DNA of 59,038 nucleotides, filler included. It is 8 parts of 8 records of this genome, joined end to end, with 100 filler letters (N's around TTAATTAATTAA, not from the genome) between each part and the next. Parts side by side here need not be neighbours in the genome. Positions count along the whole stretch, not along the records: positions 32,759 to 40,263 come from DRR723986_16926; positions 40,364 to 47,604 come from DRR723986_16957; 6 more parts are not named here. One strand, given 5' to 3'. How positions within the stretch are numbered: the stretch's first letter is position 1; each line of letters starts with the position of its first letter. Position numbers and translations under genes: made by a program. Positions 33,847 through 43,700 of this stretch are shown here, in pieces. The notes under the pieces are model-generated. The model searched no databases. It was not told where the DNA came from and worked only from the letters and a program-made list of their open reading frames with translations.

Positions 33847-34548
33847 ATGCGTTTTTTATCCCGTTTTTCTGCGATTGCAGTCCTGCTGATCATCCCCACA
33901 CTCAGCCAGGCCGACACATTGCTGGTCTGTGAGGACCGCGACAATGACGGTCGGTTTGGTCTTGTCGAGGTGACCCTGCAACCCGCCGCCGCAGAGGCCA
34001 GTGTTGTCCGGGGCAATATCGGCACCTATCAAAGCTGCGTCGCCGCGATCGGCCAGCAATCGGCCTGTAACGGGTCGAGCACATTATGCGCCTGCGAGGA
34101 TCGCGATCAGGACGGGCGGTTCGGCATCGTGCGCCATGCCTACCCGACGACCGGGCGCAGTGTGATTGCCCCGAATCTCGGCAATTACACCACCTGTCAG
34201 GCGCAGATGAACAGCTACCCAAGCGCCAGTGACCGCTATCTGACCTGTGACGATTATGACAATGACGGGCGCTATGGCGTCGTCTCGCATCAGCTTGTGC
34301 CGCAGGCAGCGCAGGCCCAGGTTCTTCAGGCCAACTTTGGCAACTATTACGCCTGCACACAGCAGATCTCGGCCTATTCCCAATGCCAGGGGAATACCTA
34401 CTGTGCCTGCGTCGATGCCGATCAGGACGGACGGTTCGGCATTGTCTGGGTGAACAGCACGCTGGTTTCGACGCGCGTCACTCAGCCCAATATTGGTCAA
34501 TACGGCAGTTGCTTCAGCCGCATGAACTGGAGTGATTGGGTGAACTGA
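33847..34548 (+). CDS. Secreted cysteine-rich repeat protein of unknown function (233 aa)
   Basis: Signal peptide ending SQA; four CxDxDxDGR[FY]G motifs; 12 Cys. Confidence 0.8.
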   Translation: MRFLSRFSAIAVLLIIPTLSQADTLLVCEDRDNDGRFGLVEVTLQPAAAEASVVRGNIGTYQSCVAAIGQQSACNGSSTLCACEDRDQDGRFGIVRHAYPTTGRSVIAPNLGNYTTCQAQMNSYPSASDRYLTCDDYDNDGRYGVVSHQLVPQAAQAQVLQANFGNYYACTQQISAYSQCQGNTYCACVDADQDGRFGIVWVNSTLVSTRVTQPNIGQYGSCFSRMNWSDWVN

Positions 34549-34595
34549 CAAATCTCGGATCGGGAGACGGTGACCGCCAGCCCTGCGCTGGTCCC

Positions 34596-35048
34596 CTACC
34601 GCGGTGACAGCTCCCGATCCACCATTGCGCGCAGCGAAAAGCTGGTGCGGGTGGAGCGGATGCCGGGCACGCTCATCAGGTTGTGTTCCAGAAAGCTGTC
34701 GAAGCTGCGCAGGTCGCGGGCGGCAATTTTCAGAAGGATGTCGCGGCTGCCGGTCATCAGGTGGCATTCCAGCACCTCGGGAAAGCGGCGGATGGCGCGC
34801 TCAAACCCTTCCAGCGCGTCGCGGCTTTGGCGTTCCAGTTCCGCAAAGACGAAGACGGTGATGGGGAAGCCCAGTTTTTCAGGGCTGACGCGAGCGGCAT
34901 AGCCGGTGATGATGCCCTCGGCCTCCATCCTTGCCATCCGGCGGGCACAGGGGGTGGGCGACAGGCCCACACGCTCGGCCAGGTCGGTGACGGCGAGGCG
35001 GCCGTCGCGTTGCAGGGTGGTGAGAATCTTGCGGTCCAGGTCATCCAT
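34596..35048 (-). CDS. Lrp/AsnC family regulator
   Basis: MDDLDRKIL..LQ.DGR...LAERVGLS..PC..R, ECHLMTG..D. Confidence 0.95.
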   Translation of the reverse strand: MDDLDRKILTTLQRDGRLAVTDLAERVGLSPTPCARRMARMEAEGIITGYAARVSPEKLGFPITVFVFAELERQSRDALEGFERAIRRFPEVLECHLMTGSRDILLKIAARDLRSFDSFLEHNLMSVPGIRSTRTSFSLRAMVDRELSPR

Positions 35049-35176
35049 CCGCGTGAATCCTTAGAATCAAAGGGGAATGACAGAGAATATCACCAATGAT
35101 CCGCATTGGGGAACCGATATTTGGCGTCTATCGCCCTTGATCCGACGATATTCTCCTCTGCAAAGAGGAGGACACC

Positions 35177-36229
35177 ATGCAGATCACAACCCTGCCCACA
35201 GCCAGCCACGAAGAGGTATTGCGCGTTTCAGACGATGCAACGGGGCTTGTGGGGTTTATTGCCATTCACTCCACCCAATTGGGCCCGGCAGCGGGGGGGC
35301 TGCGGATGAAGCCCTATGCCAGCGAAGAGGCGGCGCTGACTGATGCGCTGCGCTTGTCCCACGGGATGACCTTCAAGAACGCCGCGGCGGGCCTGCCTCT
35401 GGGAGGTGGCAAGGCCGTGATCATGGGCGATCCGGCGTTCGTCAAATCCGAGGCGTTGCTGGCGGGTTTTGGCGGGGCCATCGCGGCCCTGAAGGGGCGC
35501 TATTGGACGGCGGAAGACATGGGGATGAGCCCGGCGGATATGGCTGCAATCGCGCGCGGGACGGAATTTGTGGCGGGTCTGCCGGACGGGGAATTCGCCA
35601 GCGGAGACCCCTCGCCCATTACAGCGCGCGGCATCTTCAACGCGATCCGCTGCACGGCACGGCATCGGTTCGGGTCTGGCGACCTGACCGGACGCACAGT
35701 CGCGGTTCAGGGTTTGGGGCATGTGGGCTGGTATCTGGCGGAGATGCTGCATGAGGCGGGGGCGACCCTGATCGTCGCAGACATTGATCCCGTGCGTTGT
35801 GACCGGGCGGTAGAGCGCTTTGGTGCAGCAATCGCACCGGTGGACCGCATCTTGCAGGTGGAGGCCGATATCCTTGCACCCTGCGCCATTGGCGGCGTCC
35901 TGAATGCCGACACCATCCCGACGCTGCGCGTCAAGGCCATTGCGGGCGGGGCCAACAACCAGCTTGCGACCCCCGCAGATGGCGATGCGCTGCACAAGCG
36001 CGGCATCCTTTATGCGCCCGACTATGTGGCCAATGCGGGTGGCATCGTGAACGTGGCGACCGAGATCCTGCAAATTCGCGACCGGGAAGGCTTTGTCGCC
36101 GACAAGCTGGCTGAAGCTGAGGCGACGCTGGACGCGATCCTGAGCCAGGCCGCCGCGCGCGGGCTGGCGCCGCACAAGCTGGCCGACGATATCGTGTTGA
36201 CCCGGATGCAGCAGCGGCCTGCCGCCTGA
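35177..36229 (+). CDS. Glu/Leu/Phe/Val dehydrogenase (leucine dehydrogenase-like)
   Basis: GPAAGG.R, GMTFKNA, GGGK, TAEDMG, QGLGHVG, GGANNQ; divergent from Lrp. Confidence 0.95.
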   Translation: MQITTLPTASHEEVLRVSDDATGLVGFIAIHSTQLGPAAGGLRMKPYASEEAALTDALRLSHGMTFKNAAAGLPLGGGKAVIMGDPAFVKSEALLAGFGGAIAALKGRYWTAEDMGMSPADMAAIARGTEFVAGLPDGEFASGDPSPITARGIFNAIRCTARHRFGSGDLTGRTVAVQGLGHVGWYLAEMLHEAGATLIVADIDPVRCDRAVERFGAAIAPVDRILQVEADILAPCAIGGVLNADTIPTLRVKAIAGGANNQLATPADGDALHKRGILYAPDYVANAGGIVNVATEILQIRDREGFVADKLAEAEATLDAILSQAAARGLAPHKLADDIVLTRMQQRPAA

Positions 36230-36354
36230 CCTGCCATTTTCCGCCCATTTCGCCCCCGCCGCGTCCTTACAGATTGCGTGACGGGGGCGTTTTCGGCAGA
36301 TTGTTCCGCAGACGAGGGGATAAACCCTTCGCTTGGGGAAAACGAGGCAGTGGA

Positions 36355-36657
36355 ATGAGAAAGACATTCTCGGCATTTCTGATCACGTTTCTGGTGGCCG
36401 GTGCGCCCCTGAACGCCAATCCGGTGGAACGCGCCTGTATGGGGTCGAACCGTAGCGCAGCCAATCCGTCTCTGTGCGCCTGTATCGGCAGCGCCGCGCG
36501 CCAGACGTTGAATTTCAGCGAACAGCGCCGCGCCGCACGGTTGTTTGACGACCCGGACGAGGCGGAAGAATTGCGCATGTCCGACAACAGCCGGGACGAG
36601 GCGTTCTGGGATCGGTATCGGGCCTTCGGGCAAACCGCCGAACAATTGTGTAGCTGA
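36355..36657 (+). CDS. Small secreted Cys-containing hypothetical protein (100 aa)
   Basis: Signal peptide from ATG 36355; C..S.R......LC.CI, DPD.AEE.RMSD, FW.RY..FG, terminal C. Confidence 0.75.
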   Translation: MRKTFSAFLITFLVAGAPLNANPVERACMGSNRSAANPSLCACIGSAARQTLNFSEQRRAARLFDDPDEAEELRMSDNSRDEAFWDRYRAFGQTAEQLCS

Positions 36658-36659
36658 GA

Positions 36660-37112
36660 TCAGGCCAGCCGCCTGGCCCAGGCCTGTGCGGCGCGCTCGA
36701 TCAGGTCCAGCACGCCGTCGAAATCGCGCGTGTAGTAGGGATCGGGCACATCGCGCGGGGCATCGTCCAGCGGCGACAGGTAAAGCGACAGTTTTGCCGT
36801 TGCATCCGCAGGGCGGAGGGCCTGAAGGTTTTCCAGATTGCTGCTGTCCATGGCAAGGATCAGGTCAAAGCGGTGGAAATCCCTCGCCGAGACCTGACGG
36901 GCGCGTTGAGCGGACAGGTCATACCCGCGCGCCCGCGCCGCTGCCTGCATCGGGCCATAGGGCGGCTCGCCCATATGCCAATCCGAGGTGCCGGCACTGT
37001 CCACCCGCGCCTCCGGCAGCGCGGCCTGCAACGCCGCCTCGCCCGTGGGGGACCGGCAGATGTTGCCCAGACAGACGCAAAGGATACTGTAGGAGGCATT
37101 GGATTGGGTCAT
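36660..37112 (-). CDS. Low molecular weight protein-tyrosine phosphatase
   Basis: VCLGNICRS and DPYY. Confidence 0.95.
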   Translation of the reverse strand: MTQSNASYSILCVCLGNICRSPTGEAALQAALPEARVDSAGTSDWHMGEPPYGPMQAAARARGYDLSAQRARQVSARDFHRFDLILAMDSSNLENLQALRPADATAKLSLYLSPLDDAPRDVPDPYYTRDFDGVLDLIERAAQAWARRLA

Positions 37113-37138
37113 ATGAATACTTTCTCAAAGGACAGCTC

Positions 37139-37687
37139 ATGCGTTTAGGATATCTTGGTTTGCTATTCCTGCTGGCGGGTCAACCCGCTGTGGCGCAATC
37201 CGGTTTCAGCGGTGAAACCATGTTGCTGCCGATCCCCGACGGGTTCGTCGAAGGCTTCACCAACACGGACGGGGCTTACACCATCACCGAATATGTGCCC
37301 GAAGGCGAAAGCACCGAGGACTGGACCCGGATGCTGACCGTCCAGCTGTTCCGCGACGCCAACAGCATGGATGTCATGGAGTTTCTGGACGCACTGGCCG
37401 CGTCTTTGGCAGCGGCTTGCGAAGGAAGCGAAAGCAGCCTCGTCGCAGAGGGCGAGACCTCTGGGCTACCGACGGTGCAGGCGCTGTTCTTCTGCCCCGG
37501 TCAGGAAGGCGGCACGGAGGAGGAGGTGTTCCTAGCCCATGTGATCGGCGGGCGGGACAGTCTCTATGTCAGCCAGATGGCGTGGCGCGGGGCGCCGTCT
37601 CAGGAAAATCTGGAATGGTGGTCGGCCTTCCTGCGCCGGATGGATGTCTGTGACACCCGCCGCGAAGACATGCTCTGCCCACAATGA
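37139..37687 (+). CDS. Secreted hypothetical protein (182 aa)
   Basis: Signal peptide ending AVA-Q; EYVPEGES.EDWT.MLTVQ; overlaps the cobB start. Confidence 0.7.
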   Translation: MRLGYLGLLFLLAGQPAVAQSGFSGETMLLPIPDGFVEGFTNTDGAYTITEYVPEGESTEDWTRMLTVQLFRDANSMDVMEFLDALAASLAAACEGSESSLVAEGETSGLPTVQALFFCPGQEGGTEEEVFLAHVIGGRDSLYVSQMAWRGAPSQENLEWWSAFLRRMDVCDTRREDMLCPQ

Positions 37688-38379
37688 GCCGGGACCGGAT
37701 CGTCATCCTGACCGGCGCGGGCGTGTCTGCCGAAAGCGGGCTTGGAACCTTTCGCGACAAGGACGGGCTGTGGACGCGCTATGATCTGGCAGAGGTCGCC
37801 ACGCCCGAGGGCTTTGCCCGCAATCCGGCGCTGGTGCATGACTTTTACAACGCGCGCCGCGCCAATGCGCTGGATGCGCAGCCCAATGCCGCGCATCACG
37901 CGCTGGCCCGTCTGGAACGGGACTGGCGGGGTGATGTGCTGATCGTCACCCAGAATGTCGATGACCTGCATGAACGCGCGGGCAGCCGCAATGTTCTGCA
38001 CATGCATGGGGCGCTTACGGGGGCGCTATGCGCGGCCTGTGACCATCGCTGGCCCGCGCCGCGTGCGATGCAGCCCGACGCCCCCTGCCCTGCCTGCGCA
38101 GCGCCCCGCACAAGGCCCGACATCGTCTGGTTCGGGGAAATCCCTTATCACATGGACCAGATCGGGCAGGCGCTGTGGCAGGCGGACCTGTTCGTCTCCA
38201 TCGGCACCTCGGGTGAGGTCTATCCAGCGGCGGGTTTCGTGCAGGAGGCCGGGGCCGCCGGGGCCGAGACACTGGAGATCAACCTGGAATCCTCGCGCGT
38301 GCCGGGCCTGTTCGACCGGGTCATCGCGGGGCCAGCGACACAGACCGTGCCGGGTTGGGTAGCCGAGATGCTGGGGTGA
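37684..38379 (+). CDS. cobB: NAD-dependent protein deacylase (sirtuin)
   Basis: GAGVSAESG..TFR, TQNVDDLHERAG, HG, two CxxC, RPDIVWFGE, IGTSG. Confidence 0.96.
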   Translation: MSRDRIVILTGAGVSAESGLGTFRDKDGLWTRYDLAEVATPEGFARNPALVHDFYNARRANALDAQPNAAHHALARLERDWRGDVLIVTQNVDDLHERAGSRNVLHMHGALTGALCAACDHRWPAPRAMQPDAPCPACAAPRTRPDIVWFGEIPYHMDQIGQALWQADLFVSIGTSGEVYPAAGFVQEAGAAGAETLEINLESSRVPGLFDRVIAGPATQTVPGWVAEMLG

Positions 38380-38456
38380 TCACGTTGGGGTGACATGGGT
38401 TGTGCGGCTCGCAATTTTAGTGTAATATTTACACCTTTAGCCAAGGAGATTTCCCC

Positions 38457-38924
38457 ATGCTGATCCGACCCATTCTCGCCCCGACCGCCGCAATCCTGTC
38501 AACGGCTCTGTCTGTCACCGCCGCCCTGTCGCAAGGTATCGGCGCGGGCATTTTTGATCTGTCGGAATACTCGGAACAAGCAAGGTTCGGGTCGTGGCGG
38601 GTTTCATGCACGGCTGAGGGCAATTTCAGCCGTACTGGCCAGACACGCGATTGCCTGCTGGAGGAAGACAGCGGCTTCGTGATTTTTGCCTACCCGAGCG
38701 GCTATTACGTGCTTGGCCTGCGCGATGCGGCCCCCGGCGACACGGTCTACAACCGCAATCTGGCCACGGAACCGCGAAACGTGATCCTGACCTATTTCGG
38801 GCCGGGATTTACGGAAGAGTATCTGGACGATATGGGCGTATCGCGCGCGGGTGTACCCATTGTGCCGGATGCCGAAGGCTTTGCCGATGCCGAAGCGGAG
38901 GCTCTGCGCCTGAGTGGTGGCTGA
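38457..38924 (+). CDS. Secreted hypothetical protein
   Basis: AAGGAG RBS, signal-like N-terminus, FGSWRVSC motif reminiscent of IalB-like proteins. Confidence 0.6.
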   Translation: MLIRPILAPTAAILSTALSVTAALSQGIGAGIFDLSEYSEQARFGSWRVSCTAEGNFSRTGQTRDCLLEEDSGFVIFAYPSGYYVLGLRDAAPGDTVYNRNLATEPRNVILTYFGPGFTEEYLDDMGVSRAGVPIVPDAEGFADAEAEALRLSGG

Positions 38925-39020
38925 GTGGCCAATTTAAGACGGCGCGCCAGATGGAACCTGCGGCGCGCCGCCAAGGGCCGTTACGGGAGGGACAGCACCG
39001 TCGCGGCCCTGTCCGGGGGC

Positions 39021-39530
39021 TTAGTCAGAGGCTGCGTTGCCCATGGTGCCGTGGTTCATGTGGCCATGGCCCTGCATCTGCTGGCGCATCGGGTTGCGTT
39101 CCAGATCGACCGGCACGGTCACGGTGACCTCGCCTGCGTTCTCGAACACGAGGGTCAGTTCCAGTTCATCGCCATGGGCCAGTTCGCGGGTCAGGCCCAG
39201 GAACATCACGTGATCACCGCCGCGATCCAGCGCGTGGGTTTCGCCTGCCGCGATGGCAAAGCCTTCTTCCACATGGATCATCCGCATGACGCCGTTGGCG
39301 TCTTCCTGATGGGTGTGCAGTTCGACCCGTTCGGCCACGTCGGACCGGGCGTCGATCAGGCGGTCATCGGTGTCGGTCTGGTTCATGATCTGCATGAAGG
39401 CCGCGCCGGATTGCGACATGGCAGCGGAGGCCCGCGCATAAGGGTCATGAACCATGATGCCGTCGGCAAAGGCGGGAAGGGCGAAGGACAGGGCGGCAAC
39501 GCCCGCGAGAAGGGTGGATTTGAACGACAT
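39021..39530 (-). CDS. Periplasmic copper chaperone PCu(A)C
   Basis: ELHTH......MRM and GGDHVM Cu-binding motifs, His/Met-rich tail, signal peptide; AGGAG RBS before ATG 39530. Confidence 0.95.
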   Translation of the reverse strand: MSFKSTLLAGVAALSFALPAFADGIMVHDPYARASAAMSQSGAAFMQIMNQTDTDDRLIDARSDVAERVELHTHQEDANGVMRMIHVEEGFAIAAGETHALDRGGDHVMFLGLTRELAHGDELELTLVFENAGEVTVTVPVDLERNPMRQQMQGHGHMNHGTMGNAASD

Positions 39531-39537
39531 CTGTCGT

Positions 39538-39579
39538 CTCCTTGATCTGATTGGAATAGGGGTATTCGGGATCAGATCA
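39538..39579 (-). promoter_or_regulatory. mRNA hairpin spanning the DUF2946 stop and abutting the PCuAC RBS
   Basis: mRNA UGAUCUGAU-CCC-GAAUA-CCCC-UAUUC-CA-AUCAGAUCA immediately followed by AGGAG. Confidence 0.65.
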
Positions 39580-39919
39580 CGGTCGGGGGGCCACGCCCCT
39601 GCCCGCCTTGCACTGTTGTTTCGTGAATGTTCAGCGCGAAGGGTCGGGCATAGAGCTGCGCCATGCGCCATGCGGGCGCGTCCAACGGCTGCGGCTCGAC
39701 AAGGGCCAGGGCACCGATTGTGCAATCGGGGCAGGCGTGGCTCACGTCCTGCGGCTGCCCATCGGGGCCAAGCGGCAACACCTGCTGGCCTGCGTCAATG
39801 CACAGAATCATCGTGCCCGACATCGACATCCCACCACGGGCCACGGCCATGCTGACCGAGGTCATGGCAAGCACCAGACCAAGCAGCAGCGCGGTTGCGG
39901 GATTCAGCAGTCGATTCAT
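39572..39919 (-). CDS. DUF2946-like (CruR/CutF-type) leader protein
   Basis: N-terminal hydrophobic segment, ILC, HACPDC (CxxC), C-terminal QGRGPP; start ATG 39919. Confidence 0.8.
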   Translation of the reverse strand: MNRLLNPATALLLGLVLAMTSVSMAVARGGMSMSGTMILCIDAGQQVLPLGPDGQPQDVSHACPDCTIGALALVEPQPLDAPAWRMAQLYARPFALNIHETTVQGGQGRGPPTVI

Positions 39920-39959
39920 GACGCCTAGATAGTCACGGGCCGCGGCCCTTGCAAAGCGC

Positions 39960-39998
39960 AAAAAGGACGCGGCCCCCGAGCAGATGCCGGAGGCCGCG
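39960..39998 (-). terminator. Intrinsic terminator after rpmB
   Basis: CGCGGCC...GGCCGCG stem followed by TCCTTTTT on the minus strand. Confidence 0.6.
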
Positions 39999-40025
39999 AA
40001 AATGTGCCGAAAGGATCGGAGAAGA

Positions 40026-40263
40026 TCAGGCTTCTGCCTGGGCCTTCGCGATATCTTTCTTGATCTTCAGTGCTTTGGACGAAAGCTCTTCGTCTTTCGC
40101 CTTGGCAAGGAATGCATCCAAACCACCACGGTGATCGACAGTGCGGAGTGCCGCTGCCGAAATCCGCAGTTTGAAGCTGCGATCAAGCGCCTCGGACCCG
40201 AGGGTCACGTCGTTCAGGTTCGGAAGAAACCGACGCTTGGTCTTGTTGTTGGCATGGCTGACA
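40026..40263 (-). CDS. rpmB: 50S ribosomal protein L28, 5'-truncated
   Basis: [21 protein letters not shown]...[18 protein letters not shown]. Confidence 0.96.
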
Positions 40264-40627
40264 NNNNNNNNNNNNNNNNNNNNNNNNNNNNNNNNNNNNN
40301 NNNNNNNTTAATTAATTAANNNNNNNNNNNNNNNNNNNNNNNNNNNNNNNNNNNNNNNNNNNNCCCCCCGCCGCTTGCTTGAGCTCTTTTTTTTTTGTGG
40401 TGGGTGTTGCTGGCTTGCAGGCAAAAAGTCTGGTCGGGGCTTCTACGACTACTCCAAGTGATGCGGGTCGCCTGGGTGTGTGGGTGTGGGCGCGGGTTCC
40501 CTCCCCTACCCTCCCCTTTGACCTCTCGTTCGCCCAACGAGTGCATTGCAAAAATGAACCCGGGTGATTGGCGGCGGAACCGTCGTTAGTCAACAGGCCT
40601 CTCGGTGCGAGAGGGCAACCGCAAACG

Positions 40628-40730
40628 CTCTCTCTCGCTCTCTCACACACACACACCAAGCGCACACTCACACTCACACTCACACTTGCGCACACGCACG
40701 CAACGACACCAACAACAACAAAAAACAAAA
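40628..40730. repeat. Compound microsatellites (CT)n(CA)n, (CACACT)4, (CAA)n
   Basis: Read directly from the sequence; lies just 3' of the giant ORF, as in a eukaryotic 3' UTR. Confidence 0.9.
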
Positions 40731-40752
40731 CCCAAAGGGGAGGTGGGGGTGG

Positions 40753-43700
40753 TCAGCCAAACTGGACGTAGGCGCCGCCCGAGATGTCGACGCGGGCGAA
40801 CTCGGACAGCTTGACCTCCACCAAAAACACAAAGCCGTCCCAACAAACGCCGTCGAGCACCACCCAGGTGTCCGCGCCGAGCCCGTCCGCGTTGTGCACG
40901 TACACGCCGCCGTCCGGGTCCACCTTGACGGCGCACGAGTAGGCGACATCACTGTTGAAGCACGGTACGTGGAAGTGCTCGGGGTTGCCGGGTCGGTCGG
41001 CCTGGTCCGTGACGCGCGCGAGGAGCTGCCACGCGTCGGCGAGGGTGGCGGTCGCGGAGGTCCACAGGGCCGCGCCGCCCAAGCACTTGACGAGGTCCGC
41101 ACGGGCGATGCGAGGGGCGGAAGGGGTCGCCGACACCACCTCTCCCCAGCCGCTCTCCAGGGCGAGCAGCGACAGCGCCGTGCGCTCCTCGTCGTACTGC
41201 GACACGGGGTACTCCGCCGTGGTGCGGCGGTTGTCGAACCCTTGCCCCGTCTGGAGCGACTTGAAGTAGGACGTGCCCGCGCAGGCGCCCAGGGGCGCGG
41301 TGCTGTCGGACTTGCTGAGCCAGCACTCGGTCGCTCCGCTGGGCGAGTCGACCGCAAAGTACACCGACTTGACGCTCGGGAACGCGTCCGCGATCACGGC
41401 GCACTGGTCCAGCGTCGCGTTCGCCCCGTAGCCCACCGCGCTCGCGGCGCTCCACACCACGGCGACGCCCTCGTTTCCGGGAAAGTCCACGAACTCGCCG
41501 CCGGCGCACTGGCCCGCGCCCGAGTAGTGGTACACGGTGGCGCCCGAGCTGGTGAAGTTGGCGCAGGCGGTGGCCAGGGCGCCGCACAGCCCGCCGTGCG
41601 CGGGCGCCAGCACGACCATGTTGAGGTTGACGTCGGTCTCCCCGAGGGCCGGGCTGATGCTCACCACGCCGCCCGCGTCGACGCGGACGTGGCGCTTGGT
41701 GTCGCCGTCCAGCTGCACAAAGTACGAGCTGCCCTGCACGAAGTCGGGCACTTGCACCCCGCTCCAGACGTCGCAGTAGGCGGCGCCCGAGCACGCCCGC
41801 GAGAGCGACACGTGCCCGCGCAGGTGCACGAAGCCCGTCTCCGGGTCCACGTACTGGGCGGCGTCCAGCGAGGTGCTCGCGAGCGCGATGCTGGACACGA
41901 CCTGCAGCGGGGTGAACAGCTGCTCCCCGACGAACTCGGCGACCGCCACCGTGTCGACAAAGTAGGTGGTGGCGTTGGAGCCGAGGAGGAACGCGAGCGC
42001 GCACGAGTAGTCCGCCGGCAGGCCCGTGACCACGTGGTCGTACGGGGCCCACGCGTCCGTCACGGCGTGCGCCTTGGTCTGGACCGCCGTGCCGTTCTCG
42101 AACGCGAACCGCGTGAGCACCACCGCGCCCGCGTCGGCGGCCTTCAGCCAGTAGCGCGCGACGATGCGGTCCGCCCCCCAGTTCACGAACGTCCCCGAAA
42201 CCAGGGCGACGCTGGCGGCGGAGGCCCCGAGCGCCGTGACCTGCACCTCGGCGCCGTCGCCGCTCTGGCCCGCGCCCGCGGACGGCAGGGTGGAGGAGGC
42301 CGCCGCGCCGTCGCCGGCCGCCACCACGAGCGTCCACCCGGAGGAACCGTCGTCAAAGCCGCCGTTGGCCAGCAGCGGGCCGGCGGTCGCGTACGGGAAC
42401 CTGCCGCACAGCCGCACGGGGGTGGACGGGACCCCCCCGGCGGCGCCCACCGTGGCCGCCACCGCGCCGTCGGTGCCCACGGCGACCTGCACCACCACCC
42501 CCGCGTCGAGGCCCGCACCGCCGTCGCCCGCGTCGCAGAGGAAGGTGTGGGCCACGAGCGGGCGGTAGCCCTCGGGGAGGGCGAACACCTGCGGGGACGC
42601 GCCGCCCTCCACCACGCCGACGAGGCGCACAAAGTGCTCGTCGCGGAAGTAGGCGGGGCGCGCGCGCGGGGCGGCGGCGTCGGCCCCGGCGGAGAAGGTC
42701 CAGCCGTTCAAAAGGCCCGCGCCGTCGAGCTCCTGCAGCACGCGCACCTCGCTCCCGTAGACCGCGTAGCCGCTGTCGGTGAACTCGTCGCCCGTGCCGG
42801 AGATGGCGAACTGGAACGTTGCCGCGTCGGGGTCGGCGTCGTTGGACACCACCGTGACGTTGGCGCGCTTGGTGCCCTCCAGCGCGGGGTCGAACCTGAT
42901 CTGGAAGGTGGTGCTCTCGTCCCCCCCGAGCGACAGGACGGCCGGGCCCACGGAGACGGTGAAGTCCGCCTCGTCCGCGCCGCTGACAGCGACCGAGGCG
43001 ATCGTCAGGGTGCCGCTCCCCACGTTCGTGACGGTGAAGCTGCGGTCCACGCTGCTGAACAGGTAGTTGGTGGTGCCAAAGTTGGTGCCGTCCACGAGCG
43101 AGGGCGTGAAGTCGTCGTCCGCGATCGGCAGCGCCTTGCCCGGGACGCTGACGCTGATGGCGGGGCGCGCGGACGCCAGGCCGCCGACCGTGAACGCGAA
43201 CACGGGCTGGTTGTGGGCGCTGGACGTGATCGTGACGTTGGCGTACTTTTGCCCCTGCGAGGTGGGGTCGAACCGGACGGTGAAGGAGGTGGACTGGCCG
43301 CCGAGCACCAGCGCCGCGGGCTGCTCCACGACGGCAAAGTCGTCCGCGTCGTCGCCCGAGACCACGACGGAGAGCACGGAGAGGCGCGCCTTGGAGTCCC
43401 CCGTCGTCTCGGCGACCACGAACGTCTGGAACGCCACGTCGAAGCGCACGTCCGCGTCCGCGAAGAGCGTGTTGTCGCCGGCGGACGGGGAGTAGTCCCC
43501 GGCCGCGATGGCGACGCCGTTGCCCGAGACCGCGATCTCCGCCTTGGTGATGTCCACGACGAAGATCGTCGTGCTCGACTCGGAGGGCCCGTGGTCGTTG
43601 TAGCTCGCCACCTGGAGGTAGTAGTTGGCGCTGACCGCCGTGTCCGGGGGGACCGTCAGCGCGCGCGCGACCCCCAGCTCCGCCACCGTGGCCGTGTCCA

